Shown here in pieces: positions 37,547 to 48,595 of a stretch of 64,000 nucleotides of DNA (positions are counted from its first letter, which is position 1; every line of letters starts with the position of its first letter). The notes under the pieces were generated by a model. It did no database searches. It had not been told where the DNA came from and was given only the letters and a program-made list of their open reading frames with translations. This DNA comes from a virus, in IMG/VR virus record IMGVR_UViG_3300045146_000214, positions 1 to 64,000 of that record; one strand, written 5' to 3'. Made by a program: the position numbers and the translations under genes.

Positions 37547-38429
37547 TTCATTACTGTTTACATTACCGCCAAAAATTAAGAAGAACTACAAAATTGTTGG
37601 CGATCTCTCCAATGTAAATAATTGGGAGGCAAAAACAATTCTTGCCAACAGTGGAGGAAAGGTTGGGGAATGGAGTGAGGTTGGTTATATTCTCATCAAT
37701 CCAAATGGCGACGATATTATACCAGTATCGCGTAATGATGAACACCAAAACGGCTATGAACTCATGCATCATTTGCTGGATAAAGGAATGATAAAATTAA
37801 ATTCGTATGTGTCAATTTTTTCAAACGGTAAGAATTATATATATCTCAGCGGGGCAAAGGAAAAAATTGACGAAAAAACTCTTATGGCATATCGAAAATT
37901 TGTGCAGTATGGTGGTGATAGCAATGGCGTTGTCACCATTACAAAGCAATATTGGAGGGATAAAGGTTTTCAAAAATTGATTATTACAATTGATGATATG
38001 CTGTCGTCTCTGTCAAATGGTAAGGTTGTTGAAAAAGTTGACGGTATTTCAAAAATTGGCAAAAGAGTAATAGATGGTTTGGAAGAAGTATCAAAGCTAT
38101 ATGTGCAGCGTTCAAAGAGGTTGTTTTCTGCTGCTTATGGTTTTGTCAATACGTTTTTAACAAAGTTGATGTATGAGCTTGGTTGTGATTATAGCTGGGA
38201 AGTTGTACAACAAATTAAAGAGGAATTGTTAAGAGCAGAAAGTATGGAAGATTATGAGAAAGTAGGCAAACTCTTTTTTACAATGAATGGCATAAAGAAC
38301 AATATTCATAACGCAATACGGAAGGCAAGGAGCAATGATCGTTTTTTTTCTTCTGAAACAATAAAGGAATTTTGGAATGATATTGAGGCAGCAGACAATG
38401 AATTTCAACGGCTGGCAAACAAATATTAA
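37536..38429 (+). CDS. Hypothetical protein
   Basis: ATG 37536 (MKVSSLL) after GAGG; contains SRNDEHQNGYE. Confidence 0.7.
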   Translation: MKVSSLLFTLPPKIKKNYKIVGDLSNVNNWEAKTILANSGGKVGEWSEVGYILINPNGDDIIPVSRNDEHQNGYELMHHLLDKGMIKLNSYVSIFSNGKNYIYLSGAKEKIDEKTLMAYRKFVQYGGDSNGVVTITKQYWRDKGFQKLIITIDDMLSSLSNGKVVEKVDGISKIGKRVIDGLEEVSKLYVQRSKRLFSAAYGFVNTFLTKLMYELGCDYSWEVVQQIKEELLRAESMEDYEKVGKLFFTMNGIKNNIHNAIRKARSNDRFFSSETIKEFWNDIEAADNEFQRLANKY

Positions 38430-38438
38430 AGGATAACT

Positions 38439-40928
38439 ATGGCAGGAACATATACACAAGCTGCTCAATTGTTGGTGTCGGTTACGTTGGACTCTACTAG
38501 TGCCGGTAAATTCGCTGATGATTTATCCAGTAAGATTGCTGGTTCTGTAAGAAAGGCATTAATGAAAATCAATAAAGATGTTGCCAAAGATTATGTTGAT
38601 GCAATAAAGTTAGGGCTTACTGGAGTAACGCCATATGGAAAGACAGCGGCGAAAGGGACATCAGGCGTAGGCTCAATTAGTCCAGCATCGTTTGATATAT
38701 CTCCATTAATTAAATGTATACAAAAAAACGCCGTTAATGTAAGATTGGTGGATATTGGTTCAGTTGGTGCATTTGGAACAAGAATAAAACAATTTATGGT
38801 TTCTGGAGGTGTTAGTACAAGTGTTTCTGCTAAACCAGAAAAGGTTATCGAAAACACATTAAAAGAAAGTTTAAAAGATGTTGGTGGTGGTGGTGGAATA
38901 GATACAAAATTATTAAACGCTGTATTCAAAAAACTTACTGGAGTCTTGCCGCTTGTAGCAACTGGAATGATATTATTGTCAACTATTTCGTGGATAATTT
39001 CTCAAATATTTGCTGGAATAGAAAATGGATTTAAGATGTTTAAATCATATACGAGTATAGGTGTTTCAACTGAAATGGCTACAATGATTGGTAGAAAAAG
39101 ATATGCGATAACAAGATCTGGAAGAATTAATGTTGAAAAAATGAATGAAGTTTTAACTCAAAATAATTATCAAGTTGTGTCATTAATAAGATCATATATG
39201 ATGTTTAATGATACTATGAAAGATGCAGTAGAAAACACTATGGATTATATGAGATATATTATGGAAACGGGTAAGGCATATAGCGTTTCAGAAGATAAAT
39301 TATTGAGTTTTACGACAACACTTTTAAGAAGAATGTGGTTGTTGAAAGAGGATGCAGAGGACTTTATAAGTCGTGTTGGCAAAGCACTTGGATCATTAAC
39401 GGATAGTCAAAAGGATGTGTATGATAATTTACAACAAAGAATTACGCTTGATTATGGTATGCTGGATTTGGGGGAAAAAGGAAAACAAATATTAGATAAT
39501 CTTAATATAGCAATGCCAGCACTTAGTGCAATAACAAGCCCTGAAACTGCTGCTTCTTTAATGGCTACATTGTTTAATTCATGGACAAGCGAACAGGGAC
39601 TATTCAACAAACAGCTTTCTCCGCTTTTTAGAAGATGGGAAAATACACCAGTGCCAAAGGATAGGGCAGCAAGAGATGAATACGAAAAAACGGTGAGAAT
39701 GCAAATGGTAACAGCTTTTTATGATGTTACTGAAGATGTCCAAGATTTATTGGAAGATGCAACCGAAAGTTTTTTAAGCGCTGAGGGGACACAACAATAT
39801 TTGGAAAAATTAAGAACAAATGACCCAAGACTTAGAGCGTTTGGAGATGACCAATTAAGACAAATAATAACTTTTGTAAATGGACTAAATAAAATGGGTC
39901 GGACAAAAGAAGAGGTTATAGAAAGTTTGGAAAAAACGATGGAGAACACTAGATTAAAAGAAGAAAAAAATAATTTACTTAATTTAACTCAAAGCCCGAT
40001 AGAAAGATTAGTAAATATTGCGCAATCTTTATTACAGGAATTAGGGGAGGTGTTAGTGCCTTATATAAGAACTATATCTTTTTATATTAATAAAGGTATA
40101 GAATACATTATGGCTTTTACAAACATGTTTAAGTCGGAAGAAGAACAGAGAAAAGCAAATGAAGATTTAAAGACAGAATTTGCGGAATATACAAAAAAAG
40201 AACAACAAGAGAGAGACATAAAAGAACAATCAGTGTTTGCATCAAAGGTTAAAGAACAATATGGGATTAATATTGATGACATAATTAAGGGGCAATATAA
40301 TAATGGAAAGGGTGAAAAAGAATTTGAGAGTGAATTAAGAACACGTTTAACTGAGGAGTTCGGTAATGAAGATGCAGGCGGGGAACGACGAGACATGATA
40401 GTGAATGAGCTATTGAGAATAAAAAGAGCTAATAACGAAAAATTTACAAAAGAATTAGAAAAAATGGATAATTCACGGTCAGGAGAATTACCGCGATTTG
40501 ATGTAGCAAAGTTTGCAGTTAAAGTTGGTTCGACTGTAATAAAGAAAGTAGCATTGAAAGTTGGTGAAGAAATGTCCCCTTATAGTGGTTTGGGAAACAT
40601 GAATATCTATGATCCTGGTTGGCAGTATGGTGGTTTTTCTGGTTGGAATGGAGCGTTTGGAGGTTTTGACCCACAACAGCAGCAAGTATATGTAATAGAA
40701 CCTGCCGGAGGAAATGAAGACATAAAAAGATTTGAAGAAACGAAGGAACTACAACAGCAGCAAAAAACAGAAGATGAAAGAGAAAGGAAAGACACCAACG
40801 ACAGAGAAGAAAAACGGTTTAAAAATTTTATAGATAAGTGGGTTGAAACACATAATTATTTAAAGGATATTATAAATAATATAAAGATTGGCTCTGGTGG
40901 TATTTCATATATATATAAAAACAATTAA
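38439..40928 (+). CDS. Probable tape-measure-like tail protein
   Basis: Long helical/coiled-coil protein with a hydrophobic segment, between the gp26-like chaperones and the hub genes. Confidence 0.5.
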   Translation: MAGTYTQAAQLLVSVTLDSTSAGKFADDLSSKIAGSVRKALMKINKDVAKDYVDAIKLGLTGVTPYGKTAAKGTSGVGSISPASFDISPLIKCIQKNAVNVRLVDIGSVGAFGTRIKQFMVSGGVSTSVSAKPEKVIENTLKESLKDVGGGGGIDTKLLNAVFKKLTGVLPLVATGMILLSTISWIISQIFAGIENGFKMFKSYTSIGVSTEMATMIGRKRYAITRSGRINVEKMNEVLTQNNYQVVSLIRSYMMFNDTMKDAVENTMDYMRYIMETGKAYSVSEDKLLSFTTTLLRRMWLLKEDAEDFISRVGKALGSLTDSQKDVYDNLQQRITLDYGMLDLGEKGKQILDNLNIAMPALSAITSPETAASLMATLFNSWTSEQGLFNKQLSPLFRRWENTPVPKDRAARDEYEKTVRMQMVTAFYDVTEDVQDLLEDATESFLSAEGTQQYLEKLRTNDPRLRAFGDDQLRQIITFVNGLNKMGRTKEEVIESLEKTMENTRLKEEKNNLLNLTQSPIERLVNIAQSLLQELGEVLVPYIRTISFYINKGIEYIMAFTNMFKSEEEQRKANEDLKTEFAEYTKKEQQERDIKEQSVFASKVKEQYGINIDDIIKGQYNNGKGEKEFESELRTRLTEEFGNEDAGGERRDMIVNELLRIKRANNEKFTKELEKMDNSRSGELPRFDVAKFAVKVGSTVIKKVALKVGEEMSPYSGLGNMNIYDPGWQYGGFSGWNGAFGGFDPQQQQVYVIEPAGGNEDIKRFEETKELQQQQKTEDERERKDTNDREEKRFKNFIDKWVETHNYLKDIINNIKIGSGGISYIYKNN

Positions 40929-42790
40929 TGAATTCTTTAAATATAAAAATTCCTGTTAGAAATAATTATGAGCTAAATCATAAAAATTTTAGTGGTATGA
41001 AAGTGCCGCTACGACCGTTTGTGCAAATTTTGGTTTTTAATAATGCAGATGATAAAAACGCAATTGATGTATTTAGTATTCCCTATAATTACTTTGAAGA
41101 TTTTGTTTTGCACTTCGGAGAACCAGGTATTGGCGGAACTCTTACGGTTTTAAATCCATACCCTATTTCAAATGAGAAAAGAGAAAAAGATAGATTTCAG
41201 AAGTTTCAAGATATAATAGCATCTTTGGTTAAAATTGATAAAAAAAATCCAACAGATAAAAAAGACGAAAACGCTCGCGCACGTGCGTATTATCGTTTTG
41301 GGTGGTGTGATGAAGAAGCAGTGTATTATGTATCGAAGTTTTCAAGATTTGGCATTATAAATTTAAAAGTTAATTTTAGTGTTGAGGGGTTTAGAACCAA
41401 AATAGACTTCATGGATTTTGGTCAAAAAATTTCTCATACACAGCGTATTGATGTTACGTTAGAGAATAATTCTACAGATATTTTATTAGATGTTGCTGTT
41501 TACTTAATGCTTAATTATGATATTAAAATGGATTTTCTTGAGCGTGATGATCAAGAATATAGAATTTGGAAAAACACAATTGACACAGAGGCATCAAGAG
41601 AGTTTATAAAATCCATGAGAGAAAGCGTTAAAAATAATAGTGATGCGCAGCAGCAGATAATGCAATTAATAAAACGAGACTTTACTATGCAATCACCTGC
41701 TCGCGCTGCGTTGAAAGGAAATTCTTCTAACAGTGTTGGTAAAAAATATTCTGCACAACAACAAACAGTTTTTGAATATATTAGTCAATTGACTAAATCA
41801 ATAATTAAACCAGATGATAACCTTTATAATGAAAGCAAAGCAATACAGAGAGAAAGGATATATGTTTCATATGAGTCTCCTATAACTAGTGATGACAATG
41901 ACTTCGAGAAAAATCCTATATTTTTAACAGCGGCAAAAAAAGAGATGTTTGATGTTATAGATATTCCTAATAACAATTTTAAGGAAGTCAACACTACAAT
42001 TAATCTTTCGTGGAAACCAGCAGTTCCAAACGATAAGACGATAGTAGCAGAACGTTTTGCAAATTACACAGGAGGTAATGAAAAATTAAGTGAAAAGTAT
42101 AAGAAGTATCTATTGCCGTCAAGAGATGGTGGTATATATACATATTTTCCCTCTAATGTGTTACCTGTTGATTATAAAGATAAAATATTTAGCACTAAAA
42201 AAGTTCGTCAATCAAACGTATTAAATTTTTCCATTGACTCTGAAGCGTGGATGGGTTTTTATTTGCAAGGAACACAATATTCAATTAATATAGATAGAAG
42301 CACAGGAGAAACAACGTCATTAATGTCAAAAAGTCAACAAAAATATGTTGACAAACCGACTTCTGTTGTTAGTAATACAATACAAGACCCAACTAATAAT
42401 TTAAATGGTAGTTCTAAAGCACAAGCTGCTTTCATACAGTCATATAAGAATATTTTAGTGAATAAGGGCACTGTAGAAATTTTAGGCGATCCAACGTTAT
42501 GTTTTGGTGGAAATCTCATGGGTAAATATATTTATTTAACAGTGTGCTACCCTAATGGAGATATAATTAAAGAATTCACCGGATTTTATAATGTTTGGGG
42601 ATATACACATTCAGTTGCATCAGGAAGGTTTACAACACAGCTTTATGTGTTGATGCCGCCGACTTGTCCGTTTGCATTGTTTGATGGAAAGACAAAAGAA
42701 GAGGTCGAACAAAAAAGTCAAATTGGAAGCGATGGTGTTATTCCTATTGGTGCAAACCAAATTAATCCTTCAACAGAGGCAGTTGCGTAA
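40928..42790 (+). CDS. Probable baseplate hub protein (gp27/late control D-like)
   Basis: YYRFGW; C-terminal VEILGDP...FTGFYNVWGYTHSVASGRFTTQL typical of hub proteins. Confidence 0.6.
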   Translation: MNSLNIKIPVRNNYELNHKNFSGMKVPLRPFVQILVFNNADDKNAIDVFSIPYNYFEDFVLHFGEPGIGGTLTVLNPYPISNEKREKDRFQKFQDIIASLVKIDKKNPTDKKDENARARAYYRFGWCDEEAVYYVSKFSRFGIINLKVNFSVEGFRTKIDFMDFGQKISHTQRIDVTLENNSTDILLDVAVYLMLNYDIKMDFLERDDQEYRIWKNTIDTEASREFIKSMRESVKNNSDAQQQIMQLIKRDFTMQSPARAALKGNSSNSVGKKYSAQQQTVFEYISQLTKSIIKPDDNLYNESKAIQRERIYVSYESPITSDDNDFEKNPIFLTAAKKEMFDVIDIPNNNFKEVNTTINLSWKPAVPNDKTIVAERFANYTGGNEKLSEKYKKYLLPSRDGGIYTYFPSNVLPVDYKDKIFSTKKVRQSNVLNFSIDSEAWMGFYLQGTQYSINIDRSTGETTSLMSKSQQKYVDKPTSVVSNTIQDPTNNLNGSSKAQAAFIQSYKNILVNKGTVEILGDPTLCFGGNLMGKYIYLTVCYPNGDIIKEFTGFYNVWGYTHSVASGRFTTQLYVLMPPTCPFALFDGKTKEEVEQKSQIGSDGVIPIGANQINPSTEAVA

Positions 42791-42792
42791 AT

Positions 42793-43791
42793 ATGTTTTC
42801 ATCAATTAAATTTGCTAACGTTGACAAAAATTTTACAAAAGTAGAGAATGAAAAAATTCCTGCTAATGATCAAAATAGGTCAGAGAATAGTAAGGCACCA
42901 AAAGCTATTGATGGAAGTCCATTTAATAACTTTATCGGTTACATACTGTTTACTCGACCAGACAACGGAACATTAGATGCTTTTAAAATATACAATGAAG
43001 GCAGAGAAGATTTTACCGACTCACATACGGCAACATTTAATTCTGTTCAGTTTGCCGGAAGAAACGAACCAGTATGTGTGTATTATCAAGGCAGTGAAAG
43101 AAAATTCAGTGTTAAAATTGAGTTGTTTGCCAGTCGCCGAGGTTATTCTACACCACCTTCATTGCGTGTTGCGGATATTCCAAGAGACCTTATGACGATT
43201 ACTGATGTTGACTATATTTCACGTATGGCATTGGCATTAACATACAGTAATTATAAAATGAAGTATTCTGGTCCGCATCGTGTATGGCTGACATATGGTA
43301 ATTTTATTAAAATGATACCATGTGTTTTAAATTCAGTATCAAGAGTATTCGTGGGGTCATCGCCAGTAGACAGAACTGGTGAGTCAACAGACTTTTTACC
43401 GTATCATCAGAAAATTACCTTTGAATTAACTGCGTGTCCAGAAGAGTTGACGAAGTGCCCCGACTCGGAAGACATTATGACGGACTCTAATGCCAATAAG
43501 TCCTATGGTATTGGCACTCCTGTTACAGGTGTCCCACAAGAACCTACCGTAATTGCCAGCACGATGCAGGCATTTGATTTTGTTCGTAGAGTTAATTTAT
43601 TACTTGAACAGGGCAGAAGAATTATCTGGCAAGCAGCAAATCCATTTCAATCCGCGATATGGAATGATCTTAAAAATTCAGTAACGCAATATGCAAATCT
43701 TGGCAATCAATTTACTGGATTTGATCAGCAACAGTTAAACACTATTATTGATAAGTCACTACCAGCCAATAAAGTTCGACTTTATAAATAA
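42793..43791 (+). CDS. Tail tube initiator / baseplate tube-junction-like protein
   Basis: GRNEPVCVYY.GSERKFS, P.RVWLTYG...IPCVLNSVS. Confidence 0.6.
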   Translation: MFSSIKFANVDKNFTKVENEKIPANDQNRSENSKAPKAIDGSPFNNFIGYILFTRPDNGTLDAFKIYNEGREDFTDSHTATFNSVQFAGRNEPVCVYYQGSERKFSVKIELFASRRGYSTPPSLRVADIPRDLMTITDVDYISRMALALTYSNYKMKYSGPHRVWLTYGNFIKMIPCVLNSVSRVFVGSSPVDRTGESTDFLPYHQKITFELTACPEELTKCPDSEDIMTDSNANKSYGIGTPVTGVPQEPTVIASTMQAFDFVRRVNLLLEQGRRIIWQAANPFQSAIWNDLKNSVTQYANLGNQFTGFDQQQLNTIIDKSLPANKVRLYK

Positions 43792-43793
43792 TT

Positions 43794-44093
43794 ATGAACC
43801 GCTATAGCATTTTTTCAAGAGAATTTTATATAACAGAGGATAACAAGTATGATTATTCTCCTGTTCCATTTTACACATTTCCTGCTAATGAAAATGACAA
43901 ATATATTGTTATTGATAAAGCAGAACAGTTTAATCCTGATTTAATTGCTTATAATTACTATGGTGATGAGCGTTTATACTGGGTTATTCTGATGGCAAAT
44001 GAAATTTTTGATCCGTTCTCACAACTATATGCTGGTCGTTCAATTCGTATACCAGATTTATTAGAATTGCAAATGGCAGCAAGTCTTGCGTAA
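43794..44093 (+). CDS. Baseplate wedge protein gp53/tail X (LysM-like)
   Basis: PDLIAYNYYGDERLYWVILMANEIFDPF...IRIP. Confidence 0.85.
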   Translation: MNRYSIFSREFYITEDNKYDYSPVPFYTFPANENDKYIVIDKAEQFNPDLIAYNYYGDERLYWVILMANEIFDPFSQLYAGRSIRIPDLLELQMAASLA

Positions 44094-44101
44094 GGAGTAA
44101 T

Positions 44102-45706
44102 ATGGCATTTTGGTCTGAAGTATTAACACAGTTTTATGATGTAATGCGAATAACGCAGAAGTCTCGTGCAAAGTCATTGAGTTCAACTGGCACATGTATT
44201 GGCGAAGTGATAGATAATAATGACCCGTTAAAACTTGGCAGATTACGCATTTACATTCCAGAGCATGACGAGTCTATATTGCTTGAAGCCGGAAGAGTGG
44301 AATGTAAGAATAAAGAGAAAAACTGGTCGCCATATGTTTCACCATTTGGTGGTATGCACAATTCTGGATTGTTTTTTGTGCCCGACATTGGCGCAAAAGT
44401 TGTTGTAGGATTTTTCAATAATGATTTGTATGATAGATTCTGGTTGGGAGCTATAAATAACCCAAATACGAACAATCCACCACTTGAGTCTATTGGTAGT
44501 CACTTAACAGAATATCCTAAAAATAGAATTATCAAAACTCCGGCTGGTCACACTATTGAAATGGACGACACTAGTGGTTATGAACGTATTGCTATAACGA
44601 CTGCTAATGGTAACAGTGTTTCTTTGGAAGATTATAGAGATAATGCACTCAAGGTTGAAGCGCGTGGCGATGTTTATATTCATTCTGGTGGCAACATTGT
44701 TTTTGAAGCAGAAGGCGATATATTTATGAAGTCGAACCGTGATATTGCACTTAGTTCTGGCAGCAGCGTCAATATTGCATGTCCTAATGATGTTAATGTT
44801 GAGAAAAACCTTAACATTCATGGTGATACGATACTACGATTTGGTGGTATTATGGTGGCCGATGGTAGTATAGATGTTAATGGCAATGTGTTGGCAACAG
44901 GCAATATGCTATGTGAAGGGTTATCAACAAATCATCACCAGCATATCGTTATTGCAGAAGCGGTTGACCGAGATGTTGACGGCGGCGAAATTATTGACAA
45001 GAGAATGATACGTGCAAGTCACGTGCATACATATCAAGATAAGCATATTGTTGAAAACCATACACATCAAAGAATGGAAAAATGCAAAGATAAGTCGAAG
45101 TATAAAACATCAAAATCAAAAGATGCCTCTATTCTGCGCGACCATCCAGAAGACTCAGATGATTCTGATAAAATTCTTGGTGTAAAAGTAGAGAGAGATG
45201 CACCAGCAATAAATAAAATGGTTGGAGAGACATATGATAACATGCATCATATTGGTGGCGCAACGTGTGAATTAAATATTAAGGAAGCAGAAAATAATGA
45301 GCATGGAGAAAGTGAATTCGTTTGTACAAAGAGAATTTCTGAGCGTGATTGTCATGAACATTTGAAAGACGTAAACGATACAGATTCAACTAAGATAGAA
45401 ACAAAAGCCGACTCTGAAAGTGACGCAAAAGATATGAACAGTATGGACGGTGGAAAGGGTAAAACTGGCTATATTGAAACACCAAAACCAGAATTTGAAC
45501 AGCAAAACGTCAAGACTGATTCTCCTGACTCGATGATAGATGGGTCGAATAGAAAGACTGATGTAATTATAGAGCAAGTTGATAGAGATTATTATGAAAA
45601 AACGATTAAAGAACGTGCTCCACAGGAATTACAAAAGAACTCAATGCACGACACGCCTTTTGCCGTAATGCAGCATAGGCATTCAGTAAGAGGTATTGCA
45701 ATATAA
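44102..45706 (+). CDS. Baseplate central spike (gp5/gpV-like OB-fold + beta-helix) with C-terminal extension
   Basis: GEVIDNNDPLKLGRLRIYIP, VPDIGAKVVVGF, YPKNRIIKTPAGHTIEMDDTSGYERI. Confidence 0.85.
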   Translation: MAFWSEVLTQFYDVMRITQKSRAKSLSSTGTCIGEVIDNNDPLKLGRLRIYIPEHDESILLEAGRVECKNKEKNWSPYVSPFGGMHNSGLFFVPDIGAKVVVGFFNNDLYDRFWLGAINNPNTNNPPLESIGSHLTEYPKNRIIKTPAGHTIEMDDTSGYERIAITTANGNSVSLEDYRDNALKVEARGDVYIHSGGNIVFEAEGDIFMKSNRDIALSSGSSVNIACPNDVNVEKNLNIHGDTILRFGGIMVADGSIDVNGNVLATGNMLCEGLSTNHHQHIVIAEAVDRDVDGGEIIDKRMIRASHVHTYQDKHIVENHTHQRMEKCKDKSKYKTSKSKDASILRDHPEDSDDSDKILGVKVERDAPAINKMVGETYDNMHHIGGATCELNIKEAENNEHGESEFVCTKRISERDCHEHLKDVNDTDSTKIETKADSESDAKDMNSMDGGKGKTGYIETPKPEFEQQNVKTDSPDSMIDGSNRKTDVIIEQVDRDYYEKTIKERAPQELQKNSMHDTPFAVMQHRHSVRGIAI

Positions 45707-47172
45707 TGGCAACTGTTAATACAAATCCGTTTGTTAGGGAGAACGCTACAACTGTCAATACAAATCCATTTGTTAAAGAAGATGTAACAGTCCCAACAGG
45801 AAATAACTCCACGCCGTTATGCAGTAAGTCATGCGCAACAGGTAACGATAAGCGTTATGTTGCGTTTGGCAAATATGATTATGGCTGCAATCAAAAAGCA
45901 GTCATAACAGAAAAATACATAATGGAGAAGTTGGACTCGCTTACTAGGTTGGATAAGAAAACTGGCGACTCAATAAAGGAAATTCAATGCTTAGTGTCAA
46001 GTGCGATGGACTTGAATTTGGTTGATCCTAATCAAGTTCTTAAAGAGTTGCAAAAAATTGACGCAGAACCATATCCAGAACAATCGAAGTATTTCTTGTT
46101 GCCAGACCGCTCTATAGAAGATGCAAAAAACGAAGTGTTAAAATGGTTTAAGCGTCAACAGGAAAAATACCAACAATATCAATGCTGGCATAATAGAGAT
46201 ATTAAGCAAATTGTTAGTGGTGGAATTCGCACTGAAGCTGAAAAGAAGATTTCAAGTATTAAGAAAGCAACAGAAAAAAACCACTTTCAAACATTTGACC
46301 AGTTGTTTCCCAAGCACTCGTTGTTAAAAGATAAGAACCAACAAGAATTGTCAAAAAGAAAAGGCGGTGATGATTGGATTGTTCGTCCATTTGGTCAAGC
46401 ATATCGAAATTGGATAGAATATGAGTGTAATATTAAAAACGCATTTGAGTGGTATATCTCAGTTGTTAAGGAAAAAGTTGATAATGTTGTTGATATTAAG
46501 ACTGCTCTTACTGGTATTGAACAATTCTTCTTGTTTAATACCAATACCGATACTGATTCTGTAATTAATCGCCCACACAAGAGCTTGAATGTTCTTATTT
46601 TACTTAATAAAGAATATGGAAGAGCAGTGGATAAATACTCGATGGCAGTGAAATCTGGGACAATTGAGACAGAAGCAGAAAGAATGGTTGAAAGTGCTAT
46701 CAAGGAACATTATTTGCCTTATAATGTTAAAAACGACTACAATGTTGTTAATATTATGTTTCAGCAAGAAATTGATGATGCGTATGACTCAACGAAATCA
46801 CGAATGTCTCAGAAAACAGGTAAGAAACAAGATACAGATAAAACTAAGAGTGCAGAAAAAACAAATAATGCCCAATCTCTTATGCTTAAATCACAAGGTA
46901 AGTCACAAAGTGTAGAGAGTTCACAAAGTAATAAAAAAACACAAACGACGCATACGTCACAGGATAAAGAAAATAAGTCTTTGTATGATATTTTTATGGA
47001 TGAAATACGTAAAAACATTACCAATAAAGGAACTGTTACGTCAGCACAGATTTCAAACAATGCAACGTTACAATTGCTGTTGTATAAGAATAATAGTTGG
47101 GATTATGCCTACAAATTGTATAGAGATTTAAAACATATGCGTGATGTGCAATATGAACAAAGACTTAAATAA
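45706..47172 (+). CDS. Hypothetical protein within the baseplate module
   Basis: 488-aa ORF with N-terminal TVNTNPFV duplication. Confidence 0.7.
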   Translation: MATVNTNPFVRENATTVNTNPFVKEDVTVPTGNNSTPLCSKSCATGNDKRYVAFGKYDYGCNQKAVITEKYIMEKLDSLTRLDKKTGDSIKEIQCLVSSAMDLNLVDPNQVLKELQKIDAEPYPEQSKYFLLPDRSIEDAKNEVLKWFKRQQEKYQQYQCWHNRDIKQIVSGGIRTEAEKKISSIKKATEKNHFQTFDQLFPKHSLLKDKNQQELSKRKGGDDWIVRPFGQAYRNWIEYECNIKNAFEWYISVVKEKVDNVVDIKTALTGIEQFFLFNTNTDTDSVINRPHKSLNVLILLNKEYGRAVDKYSMAVKSGTIETEAERMVESAIKEHYLPYNVKNDYNVVNIMFQQEIDDAYDSTKSRMSQKTGKKQDTDKTKSAEKTNNAQSLMLKSQGKSQSVESSQSNKKTQTTHTSQDKENKSLYDIFMDEIRKNITNKGTVTSAQISNNATLQLLLYKNNSWDYAYKLYRDLKHMRDVQYEQRLK

Positions 47173-48595
47173 AGAAAAGTTAGACAATTTCATAAAGAAT
47201 ATTGGCTATAGCGACTGGCACTTAAACCAAGGTGCGCGAGTTTACAATAGCGCCAATCGCGCATCTGTATTAAGTGTTTTACACGCATATTTTGCAAGGC
47301 TTATAAATCATATGTCGGAAATGTCTGTTGTGGGATGGACGAAAAAAATGTTATCATCCGGCAAAAGCAAGTGTGCGTATAGGTCAGAGATAGAAGAGGA
47401 TGAGAATAAGTCAGAGAAAGCATTGGCATCAACCTATGTCGCCGCTGAGTCGTTTGTCGGTTACGTGTTTGATAGAAGATATTGGCAGTTGCACCAGTGG
47501 TTGCATGAAGAAGAAACCAGTAGAAGTCACGCAGGGATGCAAACTATTAACGGGCAAAGAGAATCTGTACATAAGGAACATTTAAGCTATAATAAGCATA
47601 ATTTAATGAAGAATGACTCGATGGCACAAGAAATGAACTTGGACAAAATTCATGATTATGCTGAAATGATACGTAAAGATAAGGCTGAAGGTGACATAAT
47701 AGACATCCCGTATGAAAAGATTGGTCAATGGGATTACTGTAAACATGTTGACTCCGGTGGTGGTGCTGTTATGGAAAACAACAAATTGTTTAACTTTTTG
47801 GATGCGCTGCGAATTGTTCAATCTGCAATGAGCGTTATGCAAATCAATCAGCACAACACCGCACCACTATATGCAGTGTGTGGTATGGGTGCAGCGGAAA
47901 AATTCAGCATGGCACCAGAAGGAGAACAAGAGGTTGACCATACCGTATATCGTTATACTGATATTAACATGGTCAAAAGAAGGTTTGCCCACTATGATAT
48001 TTTGGCGAAAGAAGCGGCCTTATCTGGTATTGGTGTTGCGGGTAACGCTCGCCACACACTGCCATCAGAAAAGTTTTCAGGTTCAACTACAAAAATACTC
48101 AACGATCATTTGGTCGCGCATAGTGTTGAAGTAGTAAACGCTATTGCTGAAGCATCGTATAGACTTGATAATCTTGGCGATGCAGGTGAGTGGAATAGTG
48201 CGATTTTTGAACAAACCAGTTTAACCAATAAGAAGATAAACAATCTTGAAGAGTCGTTTGGTGAGGCGATGTTCAAAAACCATGAAAAGTGCAAGTCATT
48301 GTTGAAAAACGGTGACGATCCGCTTATGTTGTATGCTTTTAATGTGGATGACTCAAAACTTAAGGATGAAGAAAAGAAACGTGTCAGTTATTTTGACACA
48401 ACACAAGTTGCACCGTCTACGATGCTTGGTGTTGAGAAACTATATGTAATTCAAACATATGTGGAGAATATCGAAATAGAGGACAAGGGCGTAGAAAAAG
48501 CAATGAAAGAAAAAGAAAAAGAAAAAAAGTTAAAAGAAAAGGAAAAACCAAAAGAAACACCTATTGACAAACCATTTACGGGTAATATTGCATGA
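47141..48595 (+). CDS. Hypothetical protein within the baseplate module
   Basis: About 480-aa ORF with overlapping operon packing. Confidence 0.7.
   Translation: MMCNMNKDLNKEKLDNFIKNIGYSDWHLNQGARVYNSANRASVLSVLHAYFARLINHMSEMSVVGWTKKMLSSGKSKCAYRSEIEEDENKSEKALASTYVAAESFVGYVFDRRYWQLHQWLHEEETSRSHAGMQTINGQRESVHKEHLSYNKHNLMKNDSMAQEMNLDKIHDYAEMIRKDKAEGDIIDIPYEKIGQWDYCKHVDSGGGAVMENNKLFNFLDALRIVQSAMSVMQINQHNTAPLYAVCGMGAAEKFSMAPEGEQEVDHTVYRYTDINMVKRRFAHYDILAKEAALSGIGVAGNARHTLPSEKFSGSTTKILNDHLVAHSVEVVNAIAEASYRLDNLGDAGEWNSAIFEQTSLTNKKINNLEESFGEAMFKNHEKCKSLLKNGDDPLMLYAFNVDDSKLKDEEKKRVSYFDTTQVAPSTMLGVEKLYVIQTYVENIEIEDKGVEKAMKEKEKEKKLKEKEKPKETPIDKPFTGNIA

Noticed and set aside
38439-42790. Apparently more AT-rich segment suggesting a swapped module
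   Set aside because: This is an impression only. It cannot be quantified without computation, and no boundary repeats were seen.
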